A DNA stretch of 64,000 nt from Azolla caroliniana (taxonomy: Eukaryota > Plantae > Polypodiophyta). The notes under the pieces were generated by a model. That model was not told where the DNA came from and made no database searches. It saw only the letters and a list, made by a program, of their open reading frames with translations. The position numbers and the translations under genes were made by a program. Shown piece after piece: positions 1-13,300 of the stretch. Within the stretch, counting starts at the first letter, position 1; each line of letters opens with the position of its first letter. The DNA lies in NCBI GenBank assembly GCA_043228905.1, contig JBHGNT010000012.1:7316001-7380000 (forward strand), read 5' to 3'.

Positions 1-1096
1 ATTGTATAATATTGATACAATGCTTTTTATAAATGGATTTGGCCAGCTCATTTTTGACTACTCTTGTAAATGTTAGTCGAGCTCAACAAAGCAAGAGTAT
101 TGTCGTATTATTTTTAGTGCATGCATGCCTATGCCAGAGGTTCCAATGTTTTACTGATTGATGATTCAGTATTATTGTGTTTGTACATTTTTACCTTGTG
201 ATATTTTCACCTCAATTGCCAATTTTAACTGGTAAATGAAGTTTTAAGGTGAAGGTAGTTTTTTTATGGATAATAGGAAGAATTCCTAATATGTTTCCCA
301 GGGGCATGGTATATTCCGAGATGGAAGCAAGGAAAATGTAGTTGATGATGCAACACAAATAAAGAGGATGCTGGTGCATGATATTAATAGACATGCATCA
401 GTTGTGCTTGACGGTCGTGTTCTAGGTTTGTTTCTTTATATATGCTTTTTTGAAGTGTTATGTCAGGATGATTTGATAAAGTTAAGATGAAACTGATACA
501 TAATAGGTTTATGCATATGTGCTTTTGAAAGGGTGATTTTTTTATGGTTTTTGTAACTCTTTAAACCTGAATTCAAGGTTTTGCTCAAGCAATCAAACTA
601 TATGACGTGCATCATGTTTCAATATTTTTGGCTCCTAATGAAGTGTACTTGTTTAACTGTATATCAAATTAATTAAAGGATTTGAGTGATGGAAAATATT
701 GCTGGGTTAGGTCATACGTCTGTTATGGTGATTGTCTGAAAATTGAAAGATTGTTAATAAGGTGGCTAGGTACTTTCCATGTGATTTTTTACAATGTGTT
801 CCCGGAGTCAGAAATGAAAATCCAGTCTCTGTTCACTTTATAAGAACCTACTATTCTTCTGCTTGTTAAAACAGTGGTTGCTTAGGCATGCCTGTGTTTG
901 CACTTCTCTTGTGTCACGTGGAAATTAGTTTCAATTCATTTGGTGACTGCTTGATTGGAATTCATTCACAATGTATGGCTGGAAGCTATTAGTATTGTTC
1001 TATTCTCCAATGCAATCTTTTTTTTTCTACATATTTAAGCTAAACCTTTAGCCTTAATTCTAAACCCTAAACCCTTATCTGGTATGGATTGTGCAG

Positions 1097-3263
1097 ATGT
1101 TGAGGGTTTACGTGATACAACCACTGTTGCACATGCTCTTTTGGTTGCGAAGGAAGGTATTTTTCTTTAGTTTTTGCTGGTCTATATTTCATAATCATTT
1201 CCTTGTTCAAGATTCATTTCCTTGCTTGTTTTTCAAGTTTTTACTAGTTTGTGTAAATGTCTTCTTCCCAAATGACCTATCTCCTAGTACTATGTGTGAT
1301 GCTTGGTCATTGGTCTTCCTGTAGGTGGTATGCCCCCTAAGGAAGATGAGGGAACGCTTATGCAAAAACGATCAGAAAGAGTACATGAAATGACCAAAGT
1401 TGATGATTTGGAGGGACCACGAGCGCCTCCATATATACCTCTCTGTATTCAGGTAGGAAGAACCTATCTCTTGTGGAAGCTAACGGAAGTTCTCATCCTA
1501 TTCTTTATTGGTTCATTTTTTCTATGGCATTATAATCCTATCTTTCAGGATCCCCGGAGTTACTTTGATTCGCAACGCCCCAATGTTACCGAAATAGGGT
1601 CTTTAGATGCAGGAACAAAGTTGTCATCAGCATCCATACTAACACATCCAGATGAAGTTCTTTCTGCTTTCTCCCAACAATGTGAAGAGCTTCGTGCAAA
1701 GATTTCAATTGATGCGGCTGTTGTTCCAGATGTAGCAGCAAGGGTAGTTGTCTCTTGTTTTCTCTAAAAGCAATAACTTAGCTATATGTTTTCTTATCTT
1801 GTATGATCTAACCTGTATGGCCTCTCAGAGAATTTAATATATATTAACTTTCTTTCTGGCCTATTTTCTCTTGATATGCTGAATTGTAACGTAATATTCC
1901 TGTAGATGTTTTGTGGACTAAAAAACATTCCTCTTTGTTGAGGGTTCTATCTTAGGTTCTTAACGAGCTCACACAGTACATATCGAACCGGAAGTTTCAA
2001 GTGGGAAAAACTGCTGAAAAGAACATTCTTAATAGCCTTCCACGAAGCACACAAGATGAATTGCTTCAGGTGAACACGAATCTGTGTTTTGCATGCACAC
2101 AACAATTGTTAGACTCATATTTTTATGACAGCTATCAGCAGTTAGCCATGAACTCTTGAGACACTTTTGGGCTGCGCATCCTCTCACATCAGTCGTTTAC
2201 AAGGAGAAGGTACTGTAGTGGACATCTCATAGAGATCTATAATATTATATACTTGGTATTGCAGCGTGCTATTATCTCCAGAATGTTTCTCCACATTTTG
2301 CAAGTTTAATAGTGTATATATGTTTCCTTCAGACACATGAAGAAATATATTTTAAAGCACATCTTTGTTTGCAGGCTTCACGAATTAAAGATGCATTGGT
2401 TGACATTCATGGGAAATTGCAAGTATGACTTCTTGGCTTAAATACGTGACACACCAACATTCATAAATTGAATGCTCCATACAGTCAATCTACAAAAATT
2501 TTGGACTAGCGTGAAATGGTTTCAGTGTTTTGTATCAACTGTTCAGAGTTTGTTCCATTTTTGCTTATAGATTGTATTTATTGTACAGTAGTAAAAGAAA
2601 ATGATGCTAGGTGTATGCTTACACAAGTTATCTGTTTACATTCCTTGCACTTTTGTGTTTGGTTTTAGCTAATATTAATAATGTTATTTGGTTAATGTAG
2701 ACATTAAAGCAAGGTGCAAAGCCAGAATATCGACATCATCTATCGCAATTAGTCCAGCCAATCATCCAGGTAAAGAAAAATTCCCAGACTAATTGTTGAA
2801 AATTGAAAGTTCTGCTTCAGTACTCTGTTCATGTGATATAGTAAGAAATGGGAAAACCTTAAAATACCGTTATCTTTTCGAACATTGGAAATTTACGAAA
2901 ATACCCTTTGCAGCACAATGTGAAAGGGATTCCTTAGCATCTAGGGAATATGTTGGAGCATGGTGACAATGAAACAAAGGTTGGGAATGGGAAATGGACT
3001 TTCACCTGGACTGATAATGGCTGATGAATGGTTATGTGTCTTGAATGAACCAACTATAGGGAAAAGAGGAAGTTGTTCCCTGTGAGATTACTAATATGTT
3101 TACCAATTCCCCCTAACCTATTAATGAATCATTACGAAATTGTCTTAAACCACTTTTTCAGGCACTCGATGCTGCCTTTTCATGCTGGGAAAATGATGAG
3201 AAAAGAATTGTGAAAGGTTTCCAAACGGTGTATTCTACAAACGGTGTACCTGCTCCAGGGTAG
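1097..3263 (+). CDS. TFB1: TFIIH p62/TFB1-like subunit, 3' part (5' exons lie outside the window). Exons 1097-1156, 1325-1452, 1549-1743, 1956-2069, 2132-2209, 2375-2422, 2701-2769, 3162-3263
   Basis: Phase-consistent GT-AG exons splice to ...DDLEGPRAPPYIPLCIQDPRSYFDSQ...VLNELTQ...HELLRHFWAAHPLT...RIKDAL...RHHLSQLVQPIIQALDAAF...PG*. These match motifs I recall from the plant TFB1 C-terminus (DPRDYFESQ, ELLKHFW, ALDAAF). Confidence 0.85.
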
Positions 3264-5235
3264 CTCATCGATCCTATATAAAGAGCTGAAAAAGAGTAAT
3301 ATCCACATTTGTAATACTTCTGGAAATTGAGAGCTAGTGAGTGTCTAGAGCATGTAACATATGCTTGTGTACAATAATTTTGAGATGATACTGTGAAATC
3401 CCATCAAGAACATATATGCATCTGAACCTTTTTTTTCTCAAAAAATAAATAGTAAAGGTATACTAATGATTTGGATGATGATGCATTTATATTCATTTCT
3501 TTGGCATAATAAGTGTCGGGATTGCTCTATTTTGATAACTGTTGGGGCATCACATTAAGGTATTGTAGAATAATTGATATATCGGCTTTCCACTGTCTAT
3601 TAATTGATGGCTATGTTTGCGTATGTGACCTTAGCATTGTTATGGGCAGTAAGATTTGCCCCTAAAAAGTATGGTTTTGCAACATTGAAATTGTTTTTCA
3701 CAATCCAGCAAAAATGGCCTTGAGGGGGGGAAGATGTTTTGGGAGACTTGAGAAGCTGCCATGATTTGTATTCAAGGTAAAGCATGTTTCGTTGTACCTT
3801 TAACTTTATATGCTGAACTACTAGAAAGTATGCTAGTCATTCCAACAAGGTAGATGAAACGATCATACTCATATGAAGACAACAAACAACACATCTTAAT
3901 TCATCAATCATGGCAGGGAAACATCTTGGGAAATGAGGGAGTATCATGTTGATAATCTCCACTTTTGGTAGTGAATCTATGAGCAAGTTGGGCACTCTTT
4001 GCTTGGATACTTGTGGATAGACTATCTAAAGGTTTCACATACTCCCGTCCTTGTGTTAGATGAAGTAAAATTTTTAAATCTAAAATTATTGAGCTCCTAT
4101 GTGCCAAATAGAAGTGATGAATCTTTTCAAGTTTGATGTTCAAATGGATTGCTTGTTATTCACCTTGAAAACCATTTGTTCCCGCTTGAATGCCATACCA
4201 ATTTGACCAAGTTTCTTGCTCAATTGCTTTACGTTGGTGGATCAAGTGATCTTTCTTCACTTCTCGAGGTTAATCCAATCATTACAAAGTACATATAATT
4301 ATGATGTGAACTCAACCTAACTAGATGTTGTTTTTCTGAATCGATGTGGGTGTTTATGTGTATTGGATAAAACAAAGTGTGTTTAGTTACATGAACGTGG
4401 GTCCAAAACATGCACGATGTAAATAAGATGATATGCATTGAACTATCACAATGCAAAGACTTAACGAGCTTTATTTCATGCTCCTTAAGTATTTGTGCCA
4501 CATACGAATGAAGCTTTAGTTGGATGCTCATTTTGGGTCTAGCCAAAGCTATGTACAAAATACGAATGTCCAACACACATTTCTCCTAACCAATGACATT
4601 ATGAAAGATCAACATGTATCTCTTTTGGAGCGTACTCGTTGCCTAAACTGTCAATAGATAGTAAATGGCTTGACACACATTTTTCAGTTTGGAGCAAGCA
4701 TATACGGAGCCTAAACTATTGACATATAATAAATGGTTTGCCACAGAGTTTTAGTGCTAAGCGATTATCTGCCACATCGACCTGGAATTTCATCTACAAT
4801 CAACTAGTTGTTTGCCCACATAGCCCCCCTCACTCCCCAAAACCCAAAACAAGCAAGAGCCAAAACACCATGGGTGTGTTTTTCATCTCCTTGGCAAAGA
4901 TGAGCGAGAGCTGGACAAGAGTAGGGAATGTAATTAGAAGACTTAGGCATTTTTTTTGTCTCCTGTGGCCGATGATGAGGTTGTGGGGTGTTCGGGAACC
5001 AATGCGACAAGAGGCCTAAATGGTGTGGTGCCCTGCCCACGCTACGGTAAAAGGGTAAATGCAGGTTCTTGTTGCCTGTAGGGAGAGGCTGATGCTCCCG
5101 GGGGACGATAGATGTGTCCGGACGGACGCCTCCCGGAAACTATTATGTTGTCCCAAATTAATATGTAATTTAAAAAAAATAAATTTATTTAGTTTTTTTT
5201 ATCAACAGGGCTTTTTGCTTATATTGCAAATTATG

Positions 5236-5318
5236 AAACCCTAATCTCTGTTTTTCCCGGAATTGATTTCCTTGAGCTCGCCCATGGCTTAATCCGCACT
5301 GCTCCCTCCCTCCATCAG
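5236..5318 (+). promoter_or_regulatory. Probable promoter/first non-coding exon of cyclin H
   Basis: Telo-box AAACCCTAA at 5236-5244, E2F-like TTTCCCGG at 5253-5260, ATG GCT TAA micro-uORF at 5284-5292 and a CAG/GTAAAC donor after 5318. Exon status is inferred, without transcript data. Confidence 0.4.
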
Positions 5319-6199
5319 GTAAACTTTTAATTTTTGTTCTCCTTCTTATCACCATCTCTCCGAGTTCCTCCTTCCTTTTTTACCACATTTGGAATTTCAC
5401 TTCATGAAACAAAACATGGCTCTGTCTTTTTTTGGTATAGATCTCCTTCCAAGTATATCGTCATTACGAAACTAAATCCTTTCCATTATATTTGATTACT
5501 AAGCTGTTGTTGTTGGCAAATAAATTGATTCATTCCTTACCGTATTTGATCTAAATTTGTTTGAATGATTTCCTTCCAATATTTGAGGAGCATGAGTGTA
5601 AGGTTTTTTTTTGCAATTTAAGCAATAAAGTTTGAATACGCTCGTGCAATGTTTGATAAATATAATTCATTAATTCCTGGTATGTTTTGAGCAACATGAT
5701 TGAATTCTGTTTTGCAATATCTGAGGAACATGATGGATTATTGTCTACAATTTTGGAGCAATATATGTGTTATTAAAGATGATGGATGAGTTCTTGATAT
5801 ATTTGAGCTAGCATAATTTGCAATAGGAACTAGATTAATGTGGATCAATTGTAAAGAGTGCATGTGCATGCAGAATCTACAAATTTATAAAAACGTGTGC
5901 ACAGGCATTCTGTCAGCTTTTTGTGTAAATCCATAGTTCTATGAATAAGAGGTATCTTTACTATCAATAGGTCTCTTTCTTTTCACATGAACTAGATCCG
6001 AGGATTATATATTTTGAAATATCTATAGTCAATAATCAGTTCAGTTTCTTAGTGTGAATTTTTCTGCTTTTAAACGATTCAGTCTTAGTGTGAATCCTTT
6101 GTGATTCCATAGAATCCATGATCTCCTTCAAATTTGTAGACAACAAGAACCACCCATGTCCTAATAAATTGTAATATGAGTAGGAAAAAATTGGATTTT

Positions 6200-6680
6200 G
6201 TCAATTAATGGGCTGTACCTAAGGGACTGTGTGGCTGGTGTACTGTAAGAGTCTGGCCTTCTGCGTATTTGAATTTTTTGAGTGTAGATGTGAAAGCTGA
6301 TATATATGAGCGAAGGTTACAGTGGAGGATATTACTCTTCCTTCTTCTTGTAGTACTAGTCAATCAATGGGCTGTAGCTTAGGGAATATGAGGCTGGGTG
6401 TAGTGTAAGACTCTAGCCTTCGTCATAATTGAATTTTGGAGTGTAGATGTGGAAGCTCATATACAAGAGAAAAGGTTACATTAGCAGATATTACTCTCCC
6501 TTTTTCTTGTAATACTAGTCAATTTATGGGCTGTAGCTTAGGGAATATGAGGGCCAGGTGTAGGTAGTATAAGACCCTAGCCTTCTTGTATTTGAATATT
6601 TGGAGTGTAGATGTGAAAGCTCATATATAAGAGCAAAGGTAATGGTGGATGATCTTACTCTCCCTCTTTCTTGTAGTATC
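6200..6680. repeat. Three diverged ~160-bp tandem repeats
   Basis: The unit gtcaat..atgggctgta.ct.aggga...gagtgtagatgtg.aagct.atat...ttactct..tttcttgta recurs three times. Confidence 0.85.
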
Positions 6681-6765
6681 AAAATCAAAGAGAAGACCTC
6701 TTTCTTGTAGTATCAAAGCCAAAGAGAAGACCTCTTTCTTGTAGTATCAAAATCAAAGAGAAGAA
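6664..6765. repeat. ~34-bp tandem repeat, three copies
   Basis: ctctttcttgtagtatcaaa(at/gc)caaagagaaga occurs three times. Confidence 0.85.
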
Positions 6766-6954
6766 AATATTGCTTCTTGCTCATAATCATATACCACTAT
6801 GTCGAACTATGAAATTACTCTAGCACAACTGTCAATTTCTTCAGATCTTTTTGAATTTAATTCAGAATGTAAATCATTCACTAGTTATGCCAGTTGTAAT
6901 AATCACGTTCGCTTATGTAATTGGCTTAGCAAGCATGATTAATCAAATTAATGT

Positions 6955-7290
6955 ACTTTCACTTTTCCTAATATCCAAATCCTCCCAGAAGAAATGTCTC
7001 CTTTATGCAAACTAATGCTGAAACTATGCAATATTGTTTTGCTTTCAGATATGTCATGCTTAATGTCTTTTACAGTTGTTTTGTGTAGAATTTTGATGTT
7101 ATTCTCTGCAGGAAACCACGTAACTTTCACTTTTCCTAATATACAAATCCTCCCAGAAGAAATTTCTCCTTTATGCAAACTAATGCTGAAACTATGCAAT
7201 ATTGTTTTGCTTTCAGATATGTCATGCTTAATGTCTTTTACAGTTGTTTTGTGTAGAATTTTGATGTTATTCTCTGCAGGAAACCACGTA
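6955..7290 (+). repeat. Near-perfect 168-bp tandem duplication including the 3' splice site upstream of the cyclin H ATG
   Basis: 6955-7122 and 7123-7290 differ at about 2 positions. Both end in ttctctgcag|gaaaccacgta. Confidence 0.95.
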
Positions 7291-7312
7291 TACAGGCATA
7301 GCTCTCACAAGC

Positions 7313-10300
7313 ATGGCTGATTTTCAGACTTCCTCTCATCATGCACGGTGGATCTTATCTCTTGATGACCTTGTAAGTCGTATGTTTTCTTAAGCGGAAG
7401 AACACAAATAAATTTCTTGTTAATAGTGTATGTAATGGTGCATTCCATACAAGGAGGTATTGCTTGAACATGTGTTGACACCGATTCAGGCCTAAAAGGC
7501 CTTGCTTTCCCACAGATCCCTAATAGCTAAAAATTAAGAAATAGAAATGTCAAAGTAGAATTGTTTCAAGTCCATATTAAAATTATAAATGAGGAAGGAA
7601 TAATTTCATTTCTAAATTTCATTAATCCATTGGTTATATGAATATTTTGGTGGGATTTATATATACTAGTTAAGATTTTCCAGAATAATCTAATGTATGT
7701 GAACTACCACTATGGAACCTAAATTTTGGACAAGTCTATCTGAATCTACCTAGGGTTCCACCTGTAAGTCTACAAATTTAGTCGACAATAGAGTTCTAAA
7801 TAAATGGTGAGAAAAAAATATTCCTTTGTTATTTAGTGATACGTTTCTTTCAAGAATGTATTGTTTTAACATGTCTTGAGACTGATTACGTCTAAAAGGA
7901 AATTTGGTATTCCACAAGTTTGTTGTAGTTAGAAATGAAGAAACAGGAACAGCTAAGAAAGAGTGTTTCAGTCCCATCAAAGGTGAAACAATTATTTAAA
8001 GTTATAATATCCTTTCACGGTTTGGTCAATCCATTCCCTGTATGGAATTATTTTGGGATCAATTCATATTGGTGAATTTTTGTTGGAACAATCTAATTTG
8101 TGTGACCTCTTATGGGCATGCCAAAAAATTATGACAACAAATCTATGTGAATTCACTAGGCTTCCACATGGTAGTTGACAAATTGACTATGGCCTCATTT
8201 GTGTCAAATAAAGTTGTTTAATCATATGTGTATTAAAGTCCCCTAGTCGTATTATCCCCATACTAGCAAATCTTACTATATCATCGTATTCTATCCCATA
8301 TGTGGGATTTTTCCAGAGAATGGGGACGTAGAGACTTGATGCTTTAGCAGAGTGGGTAATTGGGGGAAAATACATCATTAATTGCTATAGATTTATTATA
8401 TTAAGAGAAGTAAAAATACACCAGTATGTTTGATACTCTATTTCATACATGTTTATGAATATTGATTTTGAACCTGTGCCAAATGAGATCATTAGTATTG
8501 TCATTGATTCCTCTAAATGAAAAGTGAATGCGACTCACTTAGATGCTTTGATTGATATGTAGGCTTTATCAATGTGAGAATCTTATTTAATTTTAGAAGC
8601 TACAAGATTAGAGTTTTGAGTGACAAAATGAGAAAGCTCTGAGTTTTGTAAAATTTTGTGCTTCGATCTTGATTGGTTGAAACCATCATCAATATTCAAA
8701 TCATGATTAAGGTTTCACATTATTGTTGCAAAACTATATTTGTAATGGAAAACTCTTAATGCTCTTTTGATTTGATAATATGATTGCTCCAATTGTTGGA
8801 GGGTGGCAGCTCCAGCCTTGCACTCTCTTTCATCTTTATTATCTTTGTACTGTATTCTCTCCCTTCCCAGATTCTTCCCTCTCTAGAATTTGCAACTCCT
8901 TTAATGCTTCTCTCTCTAGAATTTGTAATGCTTTAAATGCCTCTTTTTTTCTCTTCTACTTTTTCCAAGATATTCCCTTTTATTCCTAGTTTTTTGTACC
9001 TGTTTGGTAGTACAAGAGCCACTTTACTACCAAACAACCATTTCACCCACTTTCCCCAATTTTGTATAAATAGGCTATACCAGCCTCTTTTGTAAAGACT
9101 TTTTTACTTTGGTTGCTACTTAAAAACAAGCTCTATTCCTTGGCTGTGTCTTTGCTCTTTGCAACCATTTTTTCTACTGCTGTCTAACAGCCTTCTCACA
9201 GCTTGGCTGTGCCTATTTTGTTTTAAGTCTTCCGCTGCTGCTATTAACAGCTTTTCTCACACCAATAGCTTATATTATTGAGAAAAAGTGAATGAGTTGA
9301 CCTTACAATATGTTTATAAATACATATAATTGCTCAAGAGGGGTTAACTAAGGGCATTTGGAGAAATAAAGAATACTTGAAGGGTATTTCAGAGTTTAAC
9401 CCATTTTTAATTGATGTTCCTGTTGGAGGGTGGCAACTCCAGACCCACACTCTCTTTCATCTTTATTATCTCTATTGTACATTCCCTCTCTTCCTTGATT
9501 CTTCCCTCTCTAGAATCTGCAACTCTTTAAATGCCTTCTCTTTCTAGAATCTGCACCGCCTTAAATGCCTTTTCTCCCTTCCACTTTTTCCAAGATATTC
9601 CCTCTTATTCCTAGTTTATTGCACCTGTTTGGTAGTTCAAGAGTCACTTAACTACCAAACAACAATTTCACCCACTTTCCCCAATTTTGTTTGACTTTTG
9701 CTGCTACTTAATAACAAGCTCTATTCTTTGGCTGTGTCTCTACTCTTTGCAACCATTTTTTCTACTGCTGTCTAACAGCCTTCTCACAGCTTGGCTGTGT
9801 CTATTTTGTTCTAACAACTGTTCCGCTGCTGCTATTAACAGCTTTTCTCACAGCTTGGCTGTGTCTATTTTGTTCTAACAACTGTTCCGCTGCTGCTATT
9901 AACAGCTTTTCTCACATGGTATCAGAGCAGTGAGGTCTCCATATCCTCAGCCTGATTTTTTTGCCAAAGAGCACACAAACCTATCTTCTTTTATCCCTCC
10001 CTCCCAACCCTATAGAGGAGGTTCTTCTTTTTTCTTTTCCCCTCATCTGAGCCTCACCTAGCATCTAGGGAGAAGTAGAAAGACCTTGAGCATCTACTTA
10101 CAGCTGCTGTAAATTGTCCAGTTGTAGCTCAAGAGGAGGATATCTGTGGCCTCAAATGCCACCATTGTTTCATCAACCATTCCCCAACTCCCCAAAGAGT
10201 CCATCTTGGATGGGAACAATTACTTGGATTGGGAGCTGCAAATAAAGACCTTGCTACAGTACCATCGTTTATGGAATGTAGTCAATGGTAGTGACAAGAA

Positions 10301-13300
10301 ACCACCAGTAACTTCATCCTCTTCAACCAAATCAGTTGCTGGCTCATCTAACGCTGAGATTGAAGCTTGGCTAGATAAGGATTCTCGCGCTCATGCTTTC
10401 CTCATGTTTAATATTAAACTGAGCATCGCTCGTCAATTTCAAGATACAGATGAAGAGACAGCCAGTGAACTATGGACATCCATCAAAAAGAGGTATCATC
10501 GAGCTAATCATGCTCAAATGATAGCCATTGAGAACCAACTAGCAAATCTTAAGATTCATGACACTCCCAACATCATGGATCAAATAACGTAATTTTTTAC
10601 TCTCCAAAAGGAACTAGTTTCTTTGGGAAGCAAGTCAACGGAAGTTGAGTTTGTGCATCGTCTAATGATAAAGTTGCCTGAGTCATTCTCAGCTTTTTGT
10701 GACACAATTTGTCTTCTTCCCAACACACCTGACATGAATACATTTCTTGGCATGCTACAAGATAGGGCAACAAGGAAGAAAAGTGCTCAAACTTCCAATG
10801 AGATGCTTCTACATGTGAAAAGTAAAGGCAAGTGGAAGCAAAATGGCAACTCCTACAACCCAATCCAAGACCACCAAACAACCTAGCTTACAAGGAGCTC
10901 ACCTGTCATTATTGTGGCTACAAAGGTCACATTCAGCCCGACTGTTGGGAAAAGAAAAGGGACAATGCCAAGAAATCTTCTTCTACCGAAAGTCAACCTA
11001 CACCAAAATCAAACTTGGTCCACTCAGCCAAAGAAACTGTTTTCCTTGACATTGAGGAACATTCTTCACATTTTGGTTGGAACAACTACCTCAACCATTG
11101 ATGAGTGGTTAGTAGACAATGGTGCCACTGCACACATGACATATGACAAATCCATTTTGCATGGTGTGAAGCCTAGTTCCTCCCTAATCTCCATAGGAGA
11201 TGCCTCAAGCATTGAGGTTTTGTGTGTGGGTAATGTGTTTCTTAACACTTCTTCAAATGATGAACCTGTCGTTCTTCAAGATGTGCTACATGTGCCTTGT
11301 ATCTCTGCCAACCTACTTTCAGTCTACCGAGTCATGAAGCAAGGTTATGGAGTCTACTTTGATAGCTCAGTTTTGGAAGTCATTGACACCAATAGCCTAC
11401 AAATTGTAGCTAGTGGCACACAAGAAGGGGGTTTATATCACCTAAAAAGCTTCCATAGCCCCTTGGAAAAATCCAAATCTCATCTTCTTCAAGGCTCTCA
11501 TGCCTTGGTGGCACAAGAAGATCCCACTTTGTGGCATGCTAGGTTCGGTCACCTCAACTACAAGTCTCTACAAAAGCTCTCCTCTTCACAACTAATTGAG
11601 GGTTTGCCTATTTTCAAAACTCCCAATACCCCATGTGTTGCGTGTCTTCATGGCAAGCAACATCGAGAGCCTTTCCTTCATGAAGCCACTCACTGTGCAA
11701 CATCTATCTTGGAGTTAGTGCACATGAATCTTTGTGGTCCCATGAAAACCACTACTCTTGGTGGTGCACGCTACTTCATGCTTATAATTGATGATTTCTC
11801 CCGTAAGGTTTGGGTTTATTTTCTTGTAGAGAAATCTCAAGCCTTCACCAAATTTCAAGAATGTATAGCTCTTGTTGAGAACGAGACATCAAAGAAAGTT
11901 CGAAATATCAGGTCCGACAATGGTGGAGAGTTTATCTCCCAAGAATTTCACCATTTCTGCTCTCAACAAGGCATTGCTCGCCTATTTTCCACACCCAATA
12001 CTCCTCAACAAAATGGAGTTGTGGAAAGGAAGGACCGGACAGTGCAAGAGATGGTTCATACAATGCTATCTCAATCTGATCTTCCTCTCTCGTTTTGGGG
12101 TGAAGCTGTCAACACAACAGTCTACATCATCAACTGCTGCCCAACAAAAATAGTTGCTGCAATGACCCCTCACTATCTCAAGACCCCATTACTATCTCAT
12201 TTTAAAGTCTTTGGTTGTGATGCTTATGTTCACATTTCAGATCATAAAAGGATTAAATTTGAGTCCAAAACCAAGATTGCATCTCTAGGGATGTTCATTT
12301 TGTGGAGTCTCAGCTGGATGACTCTAGGATTTCACTTGAGTTCACAGCTGAAGTCCCAGCTCCTCCAGAATCTCCTATTTTAGACAAAGATGTCTCACAT
12401 TCAAGCCCCCCATCTCCTCCTACTCAATCTCTAACTTCGCCAACAATTCAAACCTCCCTCAACTCCCCCTCCCTCCACACACCAACTTGCACCACTTCCC
12501 AAGTGGCTTCAAGCCACCATTGGTGATTCTCATCTCTTCAATGCTGAACTTCATGAGTATACATCTGGTTCTCCGACCAACATGAAAAGAACATGTAAGT
12601 CACAACTGCCTCTTCACTCATGCAACTTTGCCTTACGGTGCACTGTTGTGCAATCACAAGAACCCACAACAGCAAAAGATGTCCTTGTTCTTCCAAAGTG
12701 GAAAGCAACAATGAAAGTTGAACTTGATTCCATTGAGCGTAATCATACATGGGAGCTGGTTCCATGGCCTTAACATCGACAAGTCATTGGACTGAAATGG
12801 ATTTTCAAGACCACATACTATGCTGATGGCATTTTGGATAAGCACAAGGTACGTTTAGTTGCAAAAGGCTACTCACAAGTCGAAGGAGTGGATTACGAGG
12901 AAACTTTTGCTCCAACAGCAAGGTACACCTCTATTTGATGTGCGCTTGCACTTGCTGCTCACAACAAATGGCCCATTTTTCAAATGGATGTCAAGTCAGC
13001 CTTCTATAATGGCGACTTGAAAGAGGAGGTTTATGTTGAACAGCCTCTAGGCTTAGAGATTTCAGAGCAGAAAAACATGGTCTACAGGTTACACAAATGT
13101 TTGTATGGCTTAAAGCAAGCTCCCAAAGCTTGGCATGACAAATTTGATACCTTCTTTCTCTCTCTTGGGTTTCAGAACTGTTATGCTGACAGCAATCTCT
13201 ATGTTTTTTCCCAAGATAATTTGCTATGCTTGATCGTATTATATGTTGATGACCTTCTAATTACAGTGTCCCTTGCATTTGAAATCGAGGAGCTCTACGC

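Noticed and set aside
1060-1075. Telomere-like TAAACCC repeats
   Set aside because: Only about two units inside an intron, too short to call an interstitial telomere.
3860-4750. Minus-strand ORFs 3904-4143 and 4229-4576 as a gene or transposase
   Set aside because: No recognisable motif or splice structure. It may be an old TE remnant, but I cannot support that.
6994-7320. 108-aa internally repeated ORF as a protein-coding gene
   Set aside because: It is a by-product of the 168-bp duplication of intronic sequence. Relevant only as a possible uORF.
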